Shown here: piece by piece, positions 59,348 to 64,000 of the stretch | How positions within the stretch are numbered: the first letter of the stretch is position 1 | Layout: every line of letters begins with the position of its first letter | Source of the DNA: a virus | Length of the DNA: 64,000 nt | Direction: 5' to 3' (one strand) | IMG/VR virus record: IMGVR_UViG_3300028388_004019 | Span: 96,001-160,000 of that record | The notes under the pieces: model-generated | The model's database searches: none | What the model was told of the DNA's origin: nothing | Seen by the model: only the letters and a program-made list of their open reading frames with translations | Program-made: the position numbers and the translations under genes

Positions 59348-59742
59348 TGAGACTACAAGAAACCCTTAGAAGTGTTCTTTTAGAAGTGGCATCGATGGAT
59401 GACATTCAAAGAGCAATTAAACAAAAACAGGTTGCCACCATTTTCTACGATGGTGACGAACCTGGTGGTCGTGGTCTCAGGACCGTAGAACCAGTATGTT
59501 TGGGTTTCTCAAAAGCAGGTAACAGAGTAGTCAGAGTATGGGACATGGAAGGTGCTTCCCACACCGCCAGAACAGGTGAACAACCTCTACCAGGATGGAG
59601 ATTGATGAGGTTAGATAAGATTATGACATTCAAACCTACAGGTGAAAACTTTACAACTCCACGACCAGGCTATAACTTTAATGGTGATAAGAGCATGACA
59701 AGAGTCATAATCAACGCACAATTTGATAACAACAATGAATAA
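59347..59742 (+). CDS. Standalone WYL-domain protein
   Basis: ATIFYDG...LRTVEPVCLG...VRVWD...GWRLMRLDKI matches the WYL pattern (I.Y...R.V.P...W.L...R.FR.DRI). Confidence 0.75.
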   Translation: MRLQETLRSVLLEVASMDDIQRAIKQKQVATIFYDGDEPGGRGLRTVEPVCLGFSKAGNRVVRVWDMEGASHTARTGEQPLPGWRLMRLDKIMTFKPTGENFTTPRPGYNFNGDKSMTRVIINAQFDNNNE

Positions 59743-60334
59743 CGATTTAATGCAAAAATTAGCGATGTCCAAGAAAATTATGGACGCGTCAGATAGAATC
59801 AAGCCGGGACAGGCACAAGGTGGTCTTCCCATGACAGAGAATATTAATGCCACATATAATATCCCTCAGGATATGATGCAACAACCAGTTCCTCAACAAC
59901 CACCACAACAAATGGTACAGGCACAACAGACGTCTCAACCACAACCAGTAACTGAAAGTAAAATTCAAAATTCTAAGTTACCTGATGAAATAAAACAATT
60001 GATGATGGAACACCCTATTCAACAACCAGCTTTCGGTGGTGGTAGTGGTACAGTTCTTTCAGATGATGTTATCGAAGGAGCACAGAGACTGATGGGGAAC
60101 ACTCCTAAACAACCTGTAACGGAAAATGTTTCTATACCGACAACAAACAACTCAGATTTGAAACAAATGATTCGTGACGTTGTTAGAGATACTGTTAGGG
60201 ATGTAGTCAGAGAAGAATTACAAAGTGCTGGAATGATTATGGAAGGTAATACAAAAACCAACGAATCATTACAACTTAGAGTGGGTAAACACGTATTCGA
60301 AGGTAAGGTTACAAAAATTAAGAAAGTAAAATAA
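59735..60334 (+). CDS. Hypothetical protein with a Gln/Pro-rich low-complexity region; start revised from TTG 59723
   Basis: MNNDLMQKLAMSKKIM...; ends LQLRVGKHVFEGKVTKIKKVK. Confidence 0.6.
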   Translation: MNNDLMQKLAMSKKIMDASDRIKPGQAQGGLPMTENINATYNIPQDMMQQPVPQQPPQQMVQAQQTSQPQPVTESKIQNSKLPDEIKQLMMEHPIQQPAFGGGSGTVLSDDVIEGAQRLMGNTPKQPVTENVSIPTTNNSDLKQMIRDVVRDTVRDVVREELQSAGMIMEGNTKTNESLQLRVGKHVFEGKVTKIKKVK

Positions 60335-60389
60335 CCACCCCCTTTTCTTATTACTGATTTTATCTTATACTTTTAACAAAATTGAAAGT

Positions 60390-61607
60390 ATGTCAAAGAT
60401 AAAAGTATTAGTATTACCCTCAGACCGTACAGGGGTGGGTAAATTCCGTTCTGTCGAACCTCACATTTTCTTACAACAATCCTACCCCGAAGATTTTCAC
60501 GTAGACATTGATTATGAACCAAAAATGGAAGATATCAATTATTGGAAACAATATGATATGGTCCATTTTCATAGGTCAATAGGTAAGAGTCCTGAAAACT
60601 CCATTCAAATTATTAAAATGTTGAATGATTTGGGTATCGTTACTGTTATGGATTTGGACGACTACTGGTTACCCACAAAAGAACATCCCGCACACAACTT
60701 AGTCGTAAAGAACGATTTACACAAAAAAATTATAGCAAATCTTAAGTTGGCTCAGTATGTGACAACCACGACTACTATATTTGCAGATGAGATTAAAAAA
60801 TATAATAAAAATATTTTTATCTTACCCAACGCCATCAATCCCAACGAACCTCAATTCCAAGCGGAGACTAAACCTTCTGATAAGTTGAGATTTGGATGGT
60901 TGGGTGGTTCTTCTCACTTGCACGATTTAAAACTATTAGATGGTACATTCAATAGATTATCATCAATCAAAGACCAATACAGACTTTATCTCTGTGGGTT
61001 TGATATCAGAGGGACCATCACTGAAATCAATAGACAAACAGGTCAACAAAACACAAGACCTATCAAACCACATGAGACAGTGTGGTACAACTATGAAAAG
61101 ATTTTTACCAATGATTATAAATTGGTAAATCCTGAACATAAAGAATTTTTACATAAATTCATACCCAATGAAAATTATACTATAGAGGACGACCCATTCT
61201 ATACACGTGTTTGGACAGAACCTGTTACCGCATATGCTAAAAATTATGCAAACTTCGACGTATCTTTAGCACCACTTAAAAATCATATCTTTAATAGAGT
61301 GAAATCACAATTAAAAGTTATTGAGGCTGGTTTTTACAAAAAGGCATTGATTGCCTCAGATATTGGTCCTTACACTATAGACTTGAAACATTCATTAAAA
61401 AATGGTAACTTTGTGGATGGAAATGCTTTGTTGGTTAAAGAAAATAGAAATCACTCTGATTGGTCGAAGTTTATGAAAAAACTTATTGATAACCCGTCAT
61501 GGGCTGAAGATTTGGGTGAGAGACTATATGAAACAGTATCCAAAACCTATGACTTAAATATTGTAACTGAAACACGAGCACAAATTTATAAGGAGATTAC
61601 AAAATGA
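60390..61607 (+). CDS. GT-B fold glycosyltransferase (GT4-like)
   Basis: MDLDDYW, LPNAI, RFGWLGGSSHLHDL and DVSLAPL...FNRVKSQLKVIEAG...IASDIGPY. Confidence 0.85.
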   Translation: MSKIKVLVLPSDRTGVGKFRSVEPHIFLQQSYPEDFHVDIDYEPKMEDINYWKQYDMVHFHRSIGKSPENSIQIIKMLNDLGIVTVMDLDDYWLPTKEHPAHNLVVKNDLHKKIIANLKLAQYVTTTTTIFADEIKKYNKNIFILPNAINPNEPQFQAETKPSDKLRFGWLGGSSHLHDLKLLDGTFNRLSSIKDQYRLYLCGFDIRGTITEINRQTGQQNTRPIKPHETVWYNYEKIFTNDYKLVNPEHKEFLHKFIPNENYTIEDDPFYTRVWTEPVTAYAKNYANFDVSLAPLKNHIFNRVKSQLKVIEAGFYKKALIASDIGPYTIDLKHSLKNGNFVDGNALLVKENRNHSDWSKFMKKLIDNPSWAEDLGERLYETVSKTYDLNIVTETRAQIYKEITK

Positions 61608-62224
61608 TAGATAAACGATTTACATATGATAGGTATTTACAATGGGATGGAAAAACATTTCAAATTTCGGCATATGAAAATGAAAATTATATTTACGTAC
61701 CGATACCAAAATGTGGTTCAACAACTATGAATAAAAGATTAAATTTAAAATCACCATTTTATCCAAGAATCGATATTATGGATTTAAAGAATAAAAATAA
61801 ATTTAAATTTACATTTGTCAGAAATCCATATGCTAGGTTATTAAGTTGTTGGAACGGAAAAATTAAAAATAGATTAGGTAGTCAAATAACTAAAATGGAA
61901 GGTTTCAATTATGATATGTCTTTTAATGAGTTTGTCAGAAAAGTATATTTAACACCAGATTATTTATGTGACCAACATTTTGCACCAATAACAACTATTG
62001 TTGAGGATTTATCATTTGATTTTATTGGTAAATTAGAAAATTTTGAAGAAGATTATGTTAAATTACAAAAAAAAATAAATTTACCAAATGCTACACAAAA
62101 ATTGGCAATGACCAATGTAGGTAAAAAATATGAAAGTTACTTTACAACGGAACTATACGAATTAGTGAACGAAAAATATGATAAAGATTTTAAGAAATTC
62201 AATTATAAAAAAATATTAAAATGA
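61604..62224 (+). CDS. Sulfotransferase (Sulfotransfer_2 / carbohydrate sulfotransferase-like)
   Basis: 5'-PAPS loop IPKCGSTT, 3'-phosphate motif FVRNPYARLLS, plus HF.P and FIGKLENFEED. Confidence 0.82.
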   Translation: MIDKRFTYDRYLQWDGKTFQISAYENENYIYVPIPKCGSTTMNKRLNLKSPFYPRIDIMDLKNKNKFKFTFVRNPYARLLSCWNGKIKNRLGSQITKMEGFNYDMSFNEFVRKVYLTPDYLCDQHFAPITTIVEDLSFDFIGKLENFEEDYVKLQKKINLPNATQKLAMTNVGKKYESYFTTELYELVNEKYDKDFKKFNYKKILK

Positions 62225-62922
62225 TAAACGCACCGAAGACAAAACTATTATTTTTTGACTTAGAAACTGTTGGTATTGAACAGGACTTCAAGACATTGAA
62301 AAAGAACAAACCCGAACTTGCAAAATTGTTTGAGTCCTACCAAGGTTGGTTATTAAAACGATACCCTGAAGAGGAAGGTAATTCCATCGAAGAAATGTTT
62401 TATAACAAGGCGGCCCTTATTCCTGAGTTCGCAAAAATTATAGTGGCGTCTTTTGCCTTTTATGCTCCCGATGGGAAAATACACAAACAAACATTCTCTT
62501 CAGATGAAGAGATAGAAGTATTAACGGAAATTAAAAACCTACTCACCAAAGTGGGTAAATTGGATTTCTTCCTTTGTGGACACAATATTAAAAACTTTGA
62601 CATCCCAATGATTGGTAAACGAATGATTATCAATGGGATGAAACCACCATCACTTATCCCACAATACGACACAAAACCGTGGGACATCAAAGCAGTGGAT
62701 ACAATGGAGATTTGGAAGTTTGGAAACAACTTCTCAATGGCATCATTGGAACTTATGTGTGTTTCCATGGGTGTTTCATCACCTAAAGAAGGAGAGGTAA
62801 CAGGAAACATCGTACATCAAACATATTGGGAGACCGAAGCGTTGGACCCAATCGCTACATATTGTGAAGAAGATGTTGATGTATTGGCAAAATTAATGGA
62901 TAAAATTTATAACTTAGTATAA
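62221..62922 (+). CDS. DEDDy 3'-5' exonuclease related to the PolB proofreading domain
   Basis: FFDLETV, GHNIKNFDIP and YCEEDV. Confidence 0.85.
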   Translation: MINAPKTKLLFFDLETVGIEQDFKTLKKNKPELAKLFESYQGWLLKRYPEEEGNSIEEMFYNKAALIPEFAKIIVASFAFYAPDGKIHKQTFSSDEEIEVLTEIKNLLTKVGKLDFFLCGHNIKNFDIPMIGKRMIINGMKPPSLIPQYDTKPWDIKAVDTMEIWKFGNNFSMASLELMCVSMGVSSPKEGEVTGNIVHQTYWETEALDPIATYCEEDVDVLAKLMDKIYNLV

Positions 62923-63524
62923 TGGGAAAATTTAAGGATATGACAGAGGGTCTCAAGATGTTGAAAGACCTACAAAAGAATTTGGGTGGTATGAGTAATA
63001 TGACTGACCCACAAGAAATGTTGAATTCATTAGGTTTGGACATGGACCAATTAAATGAGCAGTTTATTCAACAAACCACACCTCAAACTACATTGAGATA
63101 TTCATATAAATCAGTAAATAAAGAACCTGAATATGCGTACCCAACAGATTCAGGATTTGATTTGAGGGCAAATGAGAAAGTCACATTGGAACCTTTAGAT
63201 AGATTTTTGATTTCTACAGGATTATTTTTGGATATCCCTGAAGGTTATGAAATACAAGTTAGACCTAAGAGCGGTTTAGCAATCAACAAAGGTATTTCTG
63301 TACTAAATACTCCCGGCACTGTTGATGAGGGTTATACAGGTGAGATTAAAGTTGTAGTAATAAATCTCAGTAATAAATCACACACTGTTGAAGTTGGTGA
63401 TAAAATTGCTCAAGCGGTTTTGACACCAGTAATGGCGGGTAAGTTTGTTAATTTACAAAGAGTACTAAATGTGGATGATAAAGACCGTGGAGATAACGGA
63501 TTCGGCTCAACAGGTACACGATGA
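62922..63524 (+). CDS. dut: Trimeric dUTPase with an N-terminal extension
   Basis: SGFDL, RPKSGLA, GTVDEGYTGE, IAQ and RGDNGFGSTG. Confidence 0.95.
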   Translation: MGKFKDMTEGLKMLKDLQKNLGGMSNMTDPQEMLNSLGLDMDQLNEQFIQQTTPQTTLRYSYKSVNKEPEYAYPTDSGFDLRANEKVTLEPLDRFLISTGLFLDIPEGYEIQVRPKSGLAINKGISVLNTPGTVDEGYTGEIKVVVINLSNKSHTVEVGDKIAQAVLTPVMAGKFVNLQRVLNVDDKDRGDNGFGSTGTR

Positions 63525-64000
63525 TTACAATAGGATTTAGCACAAAAAAAGTTGATGAAAAATTCGTAGAATACCTACGAAAAAGTTGTGGTATACCCAA
63601 AGTAGAAATTATACCTTTCGAAAATCCAGGTACTCATTCTCTGACAGAGGCTTACAATATTATTTTAGAAAAATCATCAAATGATATTGTTGTATTGTGT
63701 CATGATGATATCTACTTCGAAAAAAATAATTGGGGAAACAAACTAATGAAACATTTTAAAAGAAATCCTGAATATGGAATCTTGGGGGTTGCTGGTTCTA
63801 CCAAGTTACCAATGTCGGGTAAATGGTGGGAAGACCCTCGCAGAATGAGAGGTATAGTAAACCACGAACACGAAGGTAAAAAGTGGGAGTCCAAATATTC
63901 ACCAAGCCAAGCTAATAAGTTAGATGATGTTGTATTGGTTGACGGTCTTTTTATGGTTTTAAATAAAAAGAACATTAAAAAAACTTTTAATGAAGAGGTT
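63521..64000 (+). CDS. GT-A fold glycosyltransferase (GT2-like), partial; absent from the ORF track
   Basis: ATG 63521 (ATGA overlap): MITIGFSTKK...SLTEAYNIILEKSSNDIVVLCHDDIYF...YGILGVAG...VVLVDGLFM; open to the window end. Confidence 0.82.
   Translation, partial: MITIGFSTKKVDEKFVEYLRKSCGIPKVEIIPFENPGTHSLTEAYNIILEKSSNDIVVLCHDDIYFEKNNWGNKLMKHFKRNPEYGILGVAGSTKLPMSGKWWEDPRRMRGIVNHEHEGKKWESKYSPSQANKLDDVVLVDGLFMVLNKKNIKKTFNEEV

Noticed and set aside
60343-60371. Sigma70-like promoter for the glycosyltransferase operon
   Set aside because: The -10 box TATACT is good but the -35 (TTTTCT) is poor; too weak to call in AT-rich DNA.
1340-63975. Many 60-146 aa ORFs nested in or antisense to the large genes
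   Set aside because: They lie fully within well-supported genes, show no recognisable motifs and are expected by chance.
1-64000. Stop-codon reassignment, tRNA/ncRNA genes, mobile elements
   Set aside because: Standard-code ORFs tile the window densely. Intergenic gaps are at most about 130 nt and are explained by promoters and terminators. No cloverleaf, transposase or integrase was seen.

Overview
This is a gene-dense, AT-rich 64 kb segment of a large contractile-tailed dsDNA bacteriophage (distantly T4-like, jumbo-phage type), read in the standard genetic code. It contains a tail/baseplate module: gp6- and gp25-like wedge, hub, LysM-like wedge, tube initiator, tape measure, gp26/gp51-like chaperones, tube, a 1059-aa sheath and gp13/14/15-like neck proteins. 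It also contains a replication and nucleotide module: ribonucleotide reductase with class Id signatures and an ATP cone on the beta subunit, DnaB helicase, 5'-3' exonuclease, RecA/UvsX, gp32-like SSB, family B polymerase, SNF2 helicase, 3'-5' exonuclease and dUTPase. Accessory genes include a Mn-type SOD fused to a nuclease-like domain, a HAD hydrolase, a WYL protein, two glycosyltransferases, a sulfotransferase and two proteins of about 1100 aa with mucin-like Thr/Pro tracts. I found 17 copies of an oriented TATTTAT(A/C/T/G) element upstream of mostly morphogenesis genes; it is the reverse complement of the T4 late promoter. Sigma70-like promoters precede three replication genes, there are no Shine-Dalgarno sites, and two terminators plus one hairpin carry UUCG loops. 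No tRNA, rRNA, CRISPR array, intein or mobile element was seen. A Bacteroidota host is an inference. All product calls come from motif recognition by eye; no searches were run.
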